Assembly: GCA_025210805.1 (NCBI GenBank)
Contig: JAOAQX010000029.1
Coordinates: forward strand, 12,962 to 76,961
Direction of reading: 5' to 3'
DNA: 64,000 nucleotides
From: Flavobacteriales bacterium
GTDB taxonomy: Bacteria; Bacteroidota; Bacteroidia; Flavobacteriales; CAJXXR01
Position 1 is the first letter of the stretch. Every line of letters begins with the position of its first letter. Shown here one piece after another: positions 39,375 to 51,100 of this stretch. The notes beneath the pieces were generated by a model. The model made no database searches. It worked only from the letters and a program-made list of their open reading frames with translations, and was not told the DNA's origin. A program made the position numbers and the translations under genes.

Positions 39375-41096
39375 TTATCGAGTATATTTTCTTTTTCTAA
39401 TCCAATGAGAGATTAACGCAAAAACAATGAGAATTATTGCTGGAATGAGCGTATTGAGCATTTGCCAATAATTGTATTCTGCTTTGATTCTTTGTTTGTC
39501 TAGTAAACGTATTTTTATATCTCTGTTTCTTAGTTTGATGATATTTTGATCTTGTGCCAAGTAATCAATACAATTGATTAAGAATTTCTTATTGGCATAC
39601 ATTCTGTTTTCATATCGATCATAGCCCAAAATACCAGGATTTCCTTTGTTTATTGGGTTTTTGATAATGTCTCCATCACCAATAATGATCATACGGTTGT
39701 CTTCTTTAGCTTTTTCAGCAATATCTATATCAAATTTAGGTTTAACCTTATTTTTATAATAGGATTCAAATTTTCCCTCTAAGAGAACAGCAAGTGGTTT
39801 TTGTCCTGCTCTAAAATCAATAGGTTTTGGTTGTTGAAAAGCTGTAGTAAGCTTCAATTGTGAAGGTGTTTGTTTTACTCCCGTATTTGCCGAGGTTTTT
39901 AAAAGAATTGTTTTTTTAATTCCTTTTGTAATAATGGTGTCCACAGAAGAAGCAAACTCCATTCTTATCGTTCCAAGATTATTTGTAATTGGGTGTGATT
40001 TTTCGGGAAAAATTATCGGAAAATAAACCCAAGGAAACAATTTAAATCTGGGTCTATTTTGATCCATAGAAGTTTGGATAGGAATTTTTGCAGCGCTAAT
40101 ATCTTTTATAATATCGGTATTTACTCTTGCTCCGTATTTAAAAAGCATATCATCAATATTGAGCTCCCGTTTTGGGTAAATAATGGTTTCTCCACTAAAG
40201 CTTAAACTGTCCATTTCGGCTTGTACAGGGTCTAGTGCCCAAAGAACTTTTCCGCCATTCATGATATATTGATCTAGCAAAAATTTGTCTAAATCTGTAA
40301 ATCGCCCTTGTGGTTTTGCAATTACCAATACATCAAAGAGATTTAATAAATTATATTTCTTTTTGATTGCCTTTTCGGGCGCTTCATTTTCAAAATCAAT
40401 TTTTCTGAAATCAATTTCTTTAACATCATAATTTTCTCTTAAATCTTTTTGAATATCTTTTAAGAAAATGCGATCCATTTCTTGATGTCCTCTCAGGAAA
40501 CCTACCAAGGGTTTATGTCCAGATTGTGCTTTTTTGAAAGCATTCATCCATTCGTACTCCAAAGCATTTATTGAGTTCTGAAGATTTTCTAATGGAGAAG
40601 CTGTAGCATTCGACTTTAGAAGAGGAACGGCTATTTCTTTTCCATTATAAGTAAGCAATGCCCATGGGAAAAATATTTGCTCCTTCATGGCATCTTCCTC
40701 AGATATAAGCATAGTGGTGGGTATGATTCCCTTGGCACTTAATGATTTTATAATTGCATTTTTATCTTTAGCGTTTTTATCTTTAAGTGGGTCATAAAAC
40801 TCAAAATTTACTAAACCATTAATCGCTCTAAACTCATGTAGCATGATTTGATTTTCACGCTTTAGTTTTAAAAGTTCTGCTGGTAAAGACTCATTATCAA
40901 GGTATATTTTAATAAAAGCTACTTGATCTAAGTTTTTGATGGCTTCCTTGGTCTCATCAGAAAGCGTATATCTTTGGTCTGATGTTAGATCAATTCTCAG
41001 GTTGAGCTTTGACATAATTGTCAAGAAAATTAAACCTGAAACAAGAAGAAGAGCAAACCTCGTGAGGTGCTGTTTTTTTAGGGTTCCTTTTACCAT
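39375..41096 (-). CDS. gldG: Gliding-motility-associated ABC transporter accessory protein GldG
   Basis: 573 aa with N- and C-terminal TM anchors and ABC_transp_aux-type segments (DVLVIAKPQ...NGGKVLWALDP). Overlaps gldF by 7 nt. Confidence 0.7.
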   Translation of the reverse strand: MVKGTLKKQHLTRFALLLVSGLIFLTIMSKLNLRIDLTSDQRYTLSDETKEAIKNLDQVAFIKIYLDNESLPAELLKLKRENQIMLHEFRAINGLVNFEFYDPLKDKNAKDKNAIIKSLSAKGIIPTTMLISEEDAMKEQIFFPWALLTYNGKEIAVPLLKSNATASPLENLQNSINALEYEWMNAFKKAQSGHKPLVGFLRGHQEMDRIFLKDIQKDLRENYDVKEIDFRKIDFENEAPEKAIKKKYNLLNLFDVLVIAKPQGRFTDLDKFLLDQYIMNGGKVLWALDPVQAEMDSLSFSGETIIYPKRELNIDDMLFKYGARVNTDIIKDISAAKIPIQTSMDQNRPRFKLFPWVYFPIIFPEKSHPITNNLGTIRMEFASSVDTIITKGIKKTILLKTSANTGVKQTPSQLKLTTAFQQPKPIDFRAGQKPLAVLLEGKFESYYKNKVKPKFDIDIAEKAKEDNRMIIIGDGDIIKNPINKGNPGILGYDRYENRMYANKKFLINCIDYLAQDQNIIKLRNRDIKIRLLDKQRIKAEYNYWQMLNTLIPAIILIVFALISHWIRKRKYTR

Positions 41097-41818
41097 TTTC
41101 TACTTTGTATTTTAAGGATGGTAATACTCAACAATATCATACAGAAAACTACAAAGTAGCTCACATTATAAAAATCTATCAATCCTTGGCTTAGTGATGT
41201 ATAGTGATAGTTAAACCCAATTTGAGCAATCCAATTTGCTGTCTGACTGTCAAAAAGTAAGGAAAATGCATCGAAACCTAAATAAAAGATATAGCAAAGA
41301 ACAATAGAAAGAATAAAGCTTACAATTTGATTTTGGCTAAGAGAAGAACTCAAGATACCAATAGCAATATATGAGGAAGCTAAGAAAAGAAGTCCAATAA
41401 AAGATCCCATATTTTCTCCTAAATCAATGTTTCCAACAGGAAAACTCAATTGAAAAATAGTGTAGAGAAAAATAAGAGTAGGCAACATTGCCAAGAAAAC
41501 AATAAAAAGGGACGAAAAGAATTTTGATAAAACAATCTGAACCTCTGTAACAGGTTTGGTAATCAAAAGCTCGAAGGTTCCGTTTTTTATTTCCTCAGAA
41601 AAAGAACGCATGGTAATGGCAGGAATTAAAAATAAAAACACCCATGGAGCCAAGAGAAATAAGTTTTCTAAACTGGCAAAACCATTGTTGAGGATATTGA
41701 ATTCTCCAGGGAAAATCCAAAGAAAAAGAGAATTGAGCACCAAGAACACCAAGATAACCAAATAGGCAATCAAGGAGCTAAAGAACACTTGGATTTCTTT
41801 TTTAAATAATGGAAACAT
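41090..41818 (-). CDS. gldF: Gliding-motility-associated ABC-2 type permease GldF
   Basis: 242 aa, 6 TM, ABC-2 permease pattern. Paired with gldG as in Flavobacterium johnsoniae. Confidence 0.65.
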   Translation of the reverse strand: MFPLFKKEIQVFFSSLIAYLVILVFLVLNSLFLWIFPGEFNILNNGFASLENLFLLAPWVFLFLIPAITMRSFSEEIKNGTFELLITKPVTEVQIVLSKFFSSLFIVFLAMLPTLIFLYTIFQLSFPVGNIDLGENMGSFIGLLFLASSYIAIGILSSSLSQNQIVSFILSIVLCYIFYLGFDAFSLLFDSQTANWIAQIGFNYHYTSLSQGLIDFYNVSYFVVFCMILLSITILKIQSRKW

Positions 41819-41827
41819 AGTTTCGTT

Positions 41828-42115
41828 TTAGTTACAAATTTCAGTGGACCATGCTTCTGCTTTAGCAAAGAACATAGTTTTTACTTGAGGCCAAATTTCG
41901 CCAAATAAAGCGGAATTTCTATAAGCATTGAGCGCTTCTTCGTTTTCCCATTGGCTAATGGTGAAAAATACCCCAGGATGATGAAGGTCTTCAGTCATTT
42001 TTACCCCATGACATCCAGGGTTTTGTTGTATCAAACTATTTTTCTTCAAAAATATTTGACGAAACGCTTCTCTGTGCTCAGTTTTAATACTCAGCTTTAC
42101 TATTCTAGTAATCAT
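41828..42115 (-). CDS. Antibiotic-biosynthesis-monooxygenase (ABM) domain protein
   Basis: About 95 aa ferredoxin-like ABM pattern (ISQWENEEALNAYRNSALF). Start taken at ATG 42115 (MITRIVKL); an alternative ATG is at 42142. Confidence 0.6.
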   Translation of the reverse strand: MITRIVKLSIKTEHREAFRQIFLKKNSLIQQNPGCHGVKMTEDLHHPGVFFTISQWENEEALNAYRNSALFGEIWPQVKTMFFAKAEAWSTEICN

Positions 42116-42977
42116 AAAAATTGATTTGAACGGAATCTCCATATTTTAATCCCAAAATAAGTGCCGCACCCCCTATAAGGTTTGCGTCATGGCGTGATAT
42201 TGCAATTTCCAAGTAATCTGATGAGTTGAAAATAGCAATAACATCTCCTTCCTGTTTTGGATTTTGGCTGTAGGAGTGATTTATTTCAGCCAATTCTGTT
42301 GTAAGTTTTCTTCCTTGTAATCTATTAGATCTTGCCGCCCCTTTTTTAAAGGAGGTGATTGAAAAAGATCGCCCGCTTCGGCAGGATTCAAAATAGGGTT
42401 TTTTGATATTGAGAATCACATTTCCCATACGATCGATGTAAATTACATTTGCAATAAGTTGTCTTCCTTTGTTTGTAAAACTTGCAGTTAGTGGTTTTTT
42501 GTGAACCAATTCTCCACCTAAATGCCCAATAACTTCAAAAGTTCCACCTTTTGAAAGGTGGGTTGCTGCAGTTACAAAAATATCTTTTGCGGGGAACACT
42601 ACATGATGAAAATCCATGATTCTATCAATAGAAAGTGTAGTGAGAAATTCAAATTTTTCTGTCTCCATCATCATGGAGAAAATACCGTTATTGGGACCTA
42701 CAAAATAATGTCCTAAGTATTTGAAGGCAATATGATTAACTTTTTCTGTTTTCTCTGAGTCAATATCCACTAAATGCACGCTGCCTTTAGGAAAATGATG
42801 AAAAGCATTTGAAAGGATATAGGCTGCTTCATGAATTTGAAAAGGATTGATTTCATGTGAGATATCAATTATTTGAGCGTTAGGATTTTGCTGTATTATT
42901 TTAGCTTTCAGAACAGCCAAGAAATGATCTTTGGTTCCATAATCAGTCGTTAGCGTAATGACACTATTTTTATTCAA
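42105..42977 (-). CDS. SAM hydrolase / SAM-dependent halogenase family protein (DUF62, SAM hydroxide adenosyltransferase-like)
   Basis: N-terminal ITLTTDYGTKDHFLAVLKAKI is the family hallmark (TDFG..D.YVG). The only in-frame start is TTG at 42977. Confidence 0.75.
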   Translation of the reverse strand: MNKNSVITLTTDYGTKDHFLAVLKAKIIQQNPNAQIIDISHEINPFQIHEAAYILSNAFHHFPKGSVHLVDIDSEKTEKVNHIAFKYLGHYFVGPNNGIFSMMMETEKFEFLTTLSIDRIMDFHHVVFPAKDIFVTAATHLSKGGTFEVIGHLGGELVHKKPLTASFTNKGRQLIANVIYIDRMGNVILNIKKPYFESCRSGRSFSITSFKKGAARSNRLQGRKLTTELAEINHSYSQNPKQEGDVIAIFNSSDYLEIAISRHDANLIGGAALILGLKYGDSVQINFYDY

Positions 42978-43094
42978 ATCCTAAGGGTTTTATAAACGAA
43001 ATTTCTCTACAATTTAGTAATTTGCAAACGATTTCCTTCAAAAGGAATTTTTTGGAAAAAACAAGAACGAAATTACAAAAAAAAAAATTAGCAG

Positions 43095-44042
43095 TTGATA
43101 GAAAAGAAAATCTTGCTTGAAGATATTGAACCCATTGTGATTTATGGAGCCAATAATGCAAAAATTGATTTCATTAAAACCTATTTCCCAAAATTGAAAA
43201 TATTCTCAAGAGGAAATGTGATTACCTGTCAAGGAGAAGATAGTGTTATTGAGGTTTTTGAAGGGAAAATTCATAGAATGATCAAACACTATAAAAGATA
43301 TAATTCTCTTACAGAAAATCAGATAGAGCGTTTGATAACAGATGATGGCGACGATATCCTTGTGGCAGACGATATGGTTTTGGTACATTCGAGAGGTAAG
43401 AAGATAAAAGCTCGAACCGCTAACCAAAGAAGGATGGTGGAAGCGAGTAAGAAAAATGATCTTATTTTTGCGATAGGACCTGCAGGAACAGGGAAAACCT
43501 ATACGGCTGTTGCTATTGCTGTCAATGCTTTAAAACACAAAACGGTTCGGAAAATAATTCTTACACGACCCGCTGTTGAGGCTGGAGAAAATCTTGGATT
43601 TCTACCAGGAGATATGAAAGAAAAACTCGATCCTTATATGCAACCGCTTTATGACGCTTTGCATGATATGTTTTCTGGAGAAGCCTTAGAAAGGTATATT
43701 AATGATCGAGTGATAGAAATTGCTCCACTAGCTTTTATGCGAGGAAGAACCCTTGATAACGCCTTTGTTATCTTAGATGAGGCACAGAACTCAACACCCC
43801 AGCAAATGAAAATGTTTTTGACAAGAATGGGGAAAAATGCCAAATTCATTGTTACGGGGGATATTTCTCAAATAGATTTACCAAAAAGACAAAAATCAGG
43901 TCTAAAAGCCTCAATGGATATTTTGAATGATATCCCAGGAATTTCACAAATATTCCTAAATGAAAATGATGTTGTAAGACATCCTTTAGTTAAGAAAATT
44001 ATAAAAGCCTACAACAATAAAGAAGATGAAAGCACTCACTAG
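43095..44042 (+). CDS. phoH: PhoH family ATPase
   Basis: Walker [14 protein letters not shown], and FVILDEAQN and [13 protein letters not shown] motifs. Apparent TTG start. Confidence 0.9.
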   Translation: MIEKKILLEDIEPIVIYGANNAKIDFIKTYFPKLKIFSRGNVITCQGEDSVIEVFEGKIHRMIKHYKRYNSLTENQIERLITDDGDDILVADDMVLVHSRGKKIKARTANQRRMVEASKKNDLIFAIGPAGTGKTYTAVAIAVNALKHKTVRKIILTRPAVEAGENLGFLPGDMKEKLDPYMQPLYDALHDMFSGEALERYINDRVIEIAPLAFMRGRTLDNAFVILDEAQNSTPQQMKMFLTRMGKNAKFIVTGDISQIDLPKRQKSGLKASMDILNDIPGISQIFLNENDVVRHPLVKKIIKAYNNKEDESTH

Positions 44043-44967
44043 CCATACTTTCGAGTTCAAGAATCAAACGAATTTTTACCGTGGTAAAGTTCGTGATGTC
44101 TATAGCCTAGATAATGATCAAGTGATCATGATTGCATCAGATAGATTATCGGCATTTGATGTAGTAATGCCCAAGGGAATTCCTTTTAAAGGACAAATTC
44201 TTAATCAAATTGCCAGTAAATTCTTAAAAATGACAGAAGAGGTCTGTCCTAATTGGTTAATGGATAATCCTGATCCTAATATCAGTGTAGGTACAGCTTG
44301 TACCGTTTTTAAGGTAGAAATGGTCATCAGAGGATATTTAGCAGGACATGCCTGGAGAGAATACAAAGCAGGGAAGAGGATTCTTTGTGGGGTAGCGCTT
44401 CCAGAAGGTTTGAAAGAAAATGATCGATTACCAAATCCAATTATTACACCTTCAACTAAAGCAGATAACGGTGAACATGATATGGATATTTCTAGAGAAG
44501 AAATTCTTTCTCAAGGGATTGTGTCTGAAGAGGATTATTTGATTCTAGAAGATTATACCCGTAGATTGTTCCAAAAAGGAACAGAATACGCACAGTCAAG
44601 AGGGCTTATTTTGGTAGATACAAAATATGAATTTGGGAAAGATAAAGAAGGAACAATTCGTCTGATAGATGAAATTCATACCCCAGATTCTTCAAGATAT
44701 TTTTATGCCGAAGGGTATGATGAAAGACAAAACCAGAATGAAAAACAAAAACAACTCTCTAAAGAATTTGTTCGCCAGTGGTTAATAGAGAATGGTTTTC
44801 AAGGAAAAACAGGGCAGGAAATTCCTGAAATGAACGACGCTAAGATAGAAGAAATTTCCAATCGCTATATTGAGCTTTATGAACAACTCATGGGAGAAAA
44901 TTTTGTAAAAGCAGATGTTGAAGATATTCAAGGAAGAATCTTGAAAAATATGAAAATGTATTTATAA
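44026..44967 (+). CDS. purC: Phosphoribosylaminoimidazole-succinocarboxamide synthase
   Basis: [17 protein letters not shown] and LVDTKYEFG motifs. Overlaps the phoH 3' end by 17 nt. Confidence 0.9.
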   Translation: MKALTSHTFEFKNQTNFYRGKVRDVYSLDNDQVIMIASDRLSAFDVVMPKGIPFKGQILNQIASKFLKMTEEVCPNWLMDNPDPNISVGTACTVFKVEMVIRGYLAGHAWREYKAGKRILCGVALPEGLKENDRLPNPIITPSTKADNGEHDMDISREEILSQGIVSEEDYLILEDYTRRLFQKGTEYAQSRGLILVDTKYEFGKDKEGTIRLIDEIHTPDSSRYFYAEGYDERQNQNEKQKQLSKEFVRQWLIENGFQGKTGQEIPEMNDAKIEEISNRYIELYEQLMGENFVKADVEDIQGRILKNMKMYL

Positions 44968-45110
44968 AATACTTTTGTTTTAAAATATTATTTAAGGAGT
45001 GTGATTTGGTTCATGCTCCTTTTTTTGTTAAAATCATTTTTTTATAAAACTTTTCACAAAACTATGTTATGTTCTCCTTATATTTGTAATTGAATTAATT
45101 ATAATCGATT

Positions 45111-48100
45111 ATGAGGAAAATAAGCATACAGAGCTTTATGGTTACGGCTTTGTTTTTTGTGTTAAGTACATCGTATTTAACCGCTCAGAGTAAGGAAATA
45201 CACCAAAAGTGTGACTTGACGGCTCTAAATAGCGAAAAAGAAAGTTTTGATTGGTTCATAAAAAACAATCAAATAGAAAACCGCTTAACTTGGAAATTAA
45301 AAAAAGAAAAAGAAGATAAGTTAGGCTTTATCCACAAAAAATACCACCAGACTTATAAAGAATATACGGTAATAGGGAGTGAAATAATTTTTCATTACAA
45401 TACAAGAGGACTATATTTAGTAAATGGGAATCTAGAAGATATAAAAAAAACCGAGAATAAGATTTCTTTAAGTTCTGATGAAGCTTTGCATATCGCAATG
45501 AGAAAATATCCATCAGATCAATATCAATGGGAATGTAATGAACAAATCCCACCAACTATGCCAGAATTGGTGGTGTATCCAAAAGGAGATGGTCAATACT
45601 TTTATGCTTATAAAATAGATCTTTATTCTGTTAGTCCTTTATTTAGATATCATATCTTTATAGATGCAGAGGACGGGAGCGATTTAGGAAAGCATGATCA
45701 AATAATGCATACAGATGTAAATGGTTCTGGAACGACTTTATATAGTGGTGTTAAAAATTTCACTACAGATTCTGTGTCACCTGGGAATTACAGATTGCGT
45801 TCTTCTTTAGGTGGAGGAACCCGCACATGGGATATGAACCAAACAACAACAACACAGCAAGATTTTACAGATGCGGATAATTATTGGTCTGTTATCAGTA
45901 ATCAAGATAAAGCAGCAAGAGATGTTCATTACGGAGTAGAGAAAACCTATAATTATTTTTACTCTAAACATAACCATAGCTCTTATGATGATAATAACAG
46001 TTTAATTAATTCTAGAGTACATTATGATGTAGATTTTAACAATGCATTCTGGGATGGAACACAACTTACATTTGGAGATGGAGATGGAATCAATTTAAAT
46101 CCGCTTGTAACAGTTGATGTTGTTGGTCATGAATTTAGCCACGGAGTAATACAACATACCGCCAATCTGATTTACCAAAATGAATCGGGAGCATTAAATG
46201 AATCTTTCGCTGATATTTTTGGAGTATGTGTAGATTATTTTGCAGATTCAGCATCTGCAAACTATTTGATCGGTGAGCAGATTTTTATAGGATCTGGTGC
46301 TTTAAGAAATATGTCAAACCCAAACCAGTATGGAGATCCAGATACTTATCAAGGAACAAATTGGTTTACAGGTTCTGCTGATAATGGTGGTGTTCACACA
46401 AATTCAGGAGTACAAAATTTTTGGTTCTACCTTCTTGTAAATGGAGGAACAGGTATGAATGATAACGGAAATGCCTATAATATTTCTGGAATAGGAATGC
46501 AAAAAGCCGCAGCCATTGCTTATAGAAATTTAAGTGTTTACCTTACTACATCTTCAAACTATGCAGCGGCTAGAGCAGGATCTATTCAATCTGCAATAGA
46601 TCTTTACGGAGCTTGTTCTCAAGAGGTAATGTCTGTTACAAATGCATGGTATGCTGTGGGAGTAGGAACGCTTTTCTCTAATGCAGTTACGGCATCATTC
46701 TCTGCCAATAATACTTATTCTTGTAGTACTCCTTTTACTGTTTCATTTACAAATAGTAGTTTAAATGCCGTTTCTTACTTATGGAGTTTTGGTGACGGAA
46801 CAACTTCTACATTAATTAACCCTACACACACTTACACTTCTGCTGGAGTTTATGATGTGCAGTTAATTGTGAATGGATCTGGTACCTGTGGAGCATCAGC
46901 GGATACTTTATTGATTGATGATTTAATAGAAGTACAAAATTTAGGATCACTTGTGAGTACAACTTGTAATCCAAATATTTCATTTCCATCGCAATATGGT
47001 GTTCATTATTTTAAGTTTGATTCATTAATAGATAATCAAAATACATCAAACATCTATTTGGACAAAACTTGTGACTATAATGAGTTTTTTACAATGGGAG
47101 TTCCTTATAATTTAAGAATAAGAAATAACAGTTACTTTACGTATAAAAAGATATGGATTGATTATGATAATTCTGGAAGTTTTTCTGATGATGAAAAAGT
47201 TTTTAGTATTTATGGAAATACGCCAAATCAAGGAGTTAATGTCATTTTAAACCATTCGAATCCAAATTATTCAAATTGGTTAAGAATGCGTGTGTTGAGT
47301 ACAAATTCTAGTTTAGATACATCTTGTTTATCAGTATCCTATGGGCAATATAGAGATTATCGAATTAAATTATTGCCAAATACAAACCCACCAATAGCTG
47401 GTTTTAACTTAAATAACACAAATGTGTCAACAGGTACGGCGGTGACGTTTAATAATGTCTCGCAGAATTTACCAACCTCTTATCAATGGTCCTTCCCTGG
47501 AGGAACGCCAGCAACGAGTACTGCTTTCCAGCCAAGTGTAACATACAATAGTCCTGGACAATATAATGTCCAGCTTATCGTATCAAATTCTTATGGGACG
47601 GATACTTTATCTATTCCAAACTATGTACAAGCATCTAGTGTGTATACTTTGTGTTCTGACGATTCTACAAATTCTCCTGTAGGAACTCTTTTTGATCAAG
47701 GTGGACCAACAGGAAACTATTCAAATTACACAAATTGTAACTTTTTGATCAACCCAGGATGTGCAAACTCAGTAACACTTTCATTTTCATCTTTTGATAT
47801 GGAATCATGTTGTGATTACTTTAGGGTTTATGATGGTATTGATGCAACAGGTACCTTATTACTTAGTGCAAATGGAACAACAATTCCTTCATCCGTTACA
47901 GCAAATAGCGGATCGATGTTTATACGTTTTACTTCAGATTATTCTGGAGTAGGAGATGGTTTTGAAGTAAACTGGACTTCTGTAGTTCCTTCAACGAACC
48001 CGACGGCTAATTTTGTTGTATCAGATACGCTTCCGCCTTACAACACTCCAGTACAATTTACAGATAACTCTAGTGCTTTAGTCAATAGTTGGCTATGGGA

Positions 48101-51100
48101 TTTTGGAGATGGAACAACTTCTATGTTGGAAAATCCGACGAAAAGTTATACCTCTAGTGGTCTTAAAAATGTTAGATTGATTGTGGATAATTGTTTTTCT
48201 ACAGATACGATGTTTCACAACGTTTATGTGCAGCAAACACCAGAGATTAATATCCAACCCGATACCCTTAATGCGGTATTTTCTTGTACAGGAACTTGGT
48301 CAGATTCTGTATTGATTTCCAATAATGGAACAGGAGATTTAGTATTAAATACAGATGGAGGTGACTTAGAAAAAGTTCGATTTTTTGTTGGTGGTGTTAG
48401 TTCTACAGAAAGAACGAATGTGAATGCCATTATGGATACCTTATTGCCAGCAGGAGTTGATTATGACACCACATATACATTGACAACTTCAAGTTTACAA
48501 GATGTTGATCTCTTAATTATCGGAGAAGCTACACTTTCGAATTTTACCTTGAATTCTTATTCTGCGACACTCCAAAACTATGTGAACAATGGGGGGCAGG
48601 TTATCCATTTAGGGAATAGAAATTACAGAATGAATGCTTTAGGTTTGTTTAATTCATTATCTTATTCTACAACAAGTGGAGCAAGTGTTCAATTATTAGG
48701 AAATCACCCTATTGTAACAAATATGGGCTCAAACTATTTATCTTTAGCTAATCTTACTTATGCTAATAATATTTCGAATACTGGTTACGAGTCATTTGCA
48801 AATTACGGTGGACGTTCTGTTGCGGGTGTAAGATCTATAGGAACAGGAAATGTTTATTATTTAGGATATGATTACTATACATTAAATAGTAGTGCAAGAA
48901 AGCTGATGAGTATTACAGTTCATCACATCCTTCAGAATAATAATTTTAATGCTTCTTTCACAAGTTCTTTATCTAGTGATACGATTGCACCTTCAGATTC
49001 TATTTATTTGAGTTTAGCACTCGATTCCAATTCTCAGAATTTACTTACAGGAGTTTATTTAGACTCTATTCTGATAAATTCTAATGATTCATTGAACGCT
49101 AGTTCATACGTGTATATTAGTTATGAGATAACAGGAGCTCCACAAATAGAACATGTATCTTCTATAAATTTTGATACAATTCAACAAGGGAATAGCTCTT
49201 ATGATACCTTGGTAATAGAAAACCTTGGATGTGACACCTTAGTTATAGATTCAATGGTGTTCTCAAATATTGCCTTTGGCTCAAGTCTAAATTCAGTAAC
49301 GATATTGCCTTATTCTTCGGATACAGCAATTCTTACTTTTTCTACAGCAAATGTGGGAGTCTTTAATGATTCTGTTACTATTTATAATAATGATATGAAT
49401 TCTGTTGTTTATCTGAATGGAGTAAGCACTGGAGCTCCAATTATTTCATTTAACCCAACAAGTATTGTTGATACAGTTTTTGGATGTAATGATTCTATCA
49501 TCGTACCAGTAACCGTTTATAACACAGGTTTAGGTTCTCTTGAGTCAACGGTGGATATTTTTTCTAATACAGGTTTAGGAAATGGTAATGGAACAGGATT
49601 TTTTGAAGGATTTGAGAATTTTAATACTCAAGGATGGCTCAATAATTCTATCAATCATTATCAGGTGAGTACCAGTATTGCAGCCTCAGGAAGTAAATCT
49701 TTAAAATTATTGGCATCTAGTGCAGGAATCAATTCTAATCCTTTATTAAAAAACTTTAGTTCACCTATGGATGTTGACTATATAAGTTTTAAAATGAAGG
49801 GGAACAGTACCAGTTCAGGACTTACAAACTATATTAGTTTTAGAAATGCATCAGGTCAAGAAGTGATTGCCGTTTCAAAAACTTCTAACAAGTATAGAGT
49901 TTTTGGAAATTCTACTTATAACTTCTCACCAGCAAACCATACGGATTGGATTCATTTTGAAATAAAAAACATTAACTATACAACTCGCAAGATGGATGTA
50001 TATATTGATGGCGTGTTGATTTATGTAAATCTAGGGTTTTGGTCAGGGAACTATAGTACACAAGGAATTCAAAGAATCCATATAGGGAGACACAGTTCTT
50101 CAGATCACAGTTATTTAGATGATGTTTCTCTTGGAAGTGGTGTACCTGTAGATTGGGCAACAGCATCTGTGGATTCTATCTACGTTCCAGCAAATGATTC
50201 TACAACATTCAATGTGGTTCTCAATGGGTCTGGATTGTCTAATGGAACGTATGACGCAAATGTAGTTTTTGGAACTAATATTGTTCAAAATCCAAGTGAT
50301 TCTCTACCTATTTCTTTTACGGTAATAGGAGAAGCAGAACCTACCACAAATATTACTTGTGTTAATTTCCCAAGTACTCCTCAGGGAACTACTTTAGTAG
50401 ATTCATTCTACCTTTATAATACAGGTTGTGCAGACTTAACCGTAAACTCTTTGCAAACTCAATTGTCTGTTTTTGGTGTAACCATCAGTAATGCAACAAT
50501 TCCTGCGAATGACTCGGCAAAAGTAATGGTACAGTTTTCACCATTGGTAATGGGGACATTTACGGATACGCTATCAATCATTAATTCTATAGATACACAA
50601 AAAATCTGTTTAAGTGGACTCGCAACAGGAGCACCAGACATCGATATAAATCCATCAACGGTGACACAAACTGTTTCGGGTTGTGTAGATTCTGTTCAAG
50701 TAGGATTCTGGGTTTACAATAATGGAAACGATACTTTATTCTATGGAAATAATACCAATAACAGCTTCTCTGAAGACTTTGAGAACTTAAACTACTCTAC
50801 AGGATTCTTTGAGTTTGGCTACGGAGTGTATCCTAACGGAAGTTGTGGTTTCCATACAGGAACGAAAGGGCTTACCTACTCAGGAAGTGGAACAAGAAGA
50901 GTAAGAAGTAAATTATTTATTCCAAATGCAGGGGATTCTATAACTTTCTATTATAAAGCAGCTACAATAGGTTCTTGTAATGATCCTGAATCAGGAGAGT
51001 ATTTACGAGTTGAATACCAGTTGAACGGTACCGGTACTTGGAATTTCCTTGCTAATGCTAATAATTTTAATGGATTGTTTAATTACTTTGCAGAAGAAAT

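Noticed and set aside
45328-50641. Short minus-strand ORFs inside the giant gene (45328-45555, 48224-48430, 49972-50166, 50459-50641)
   Set aside because: Antisense shadow ORFs of 60-75 aa with no signals.
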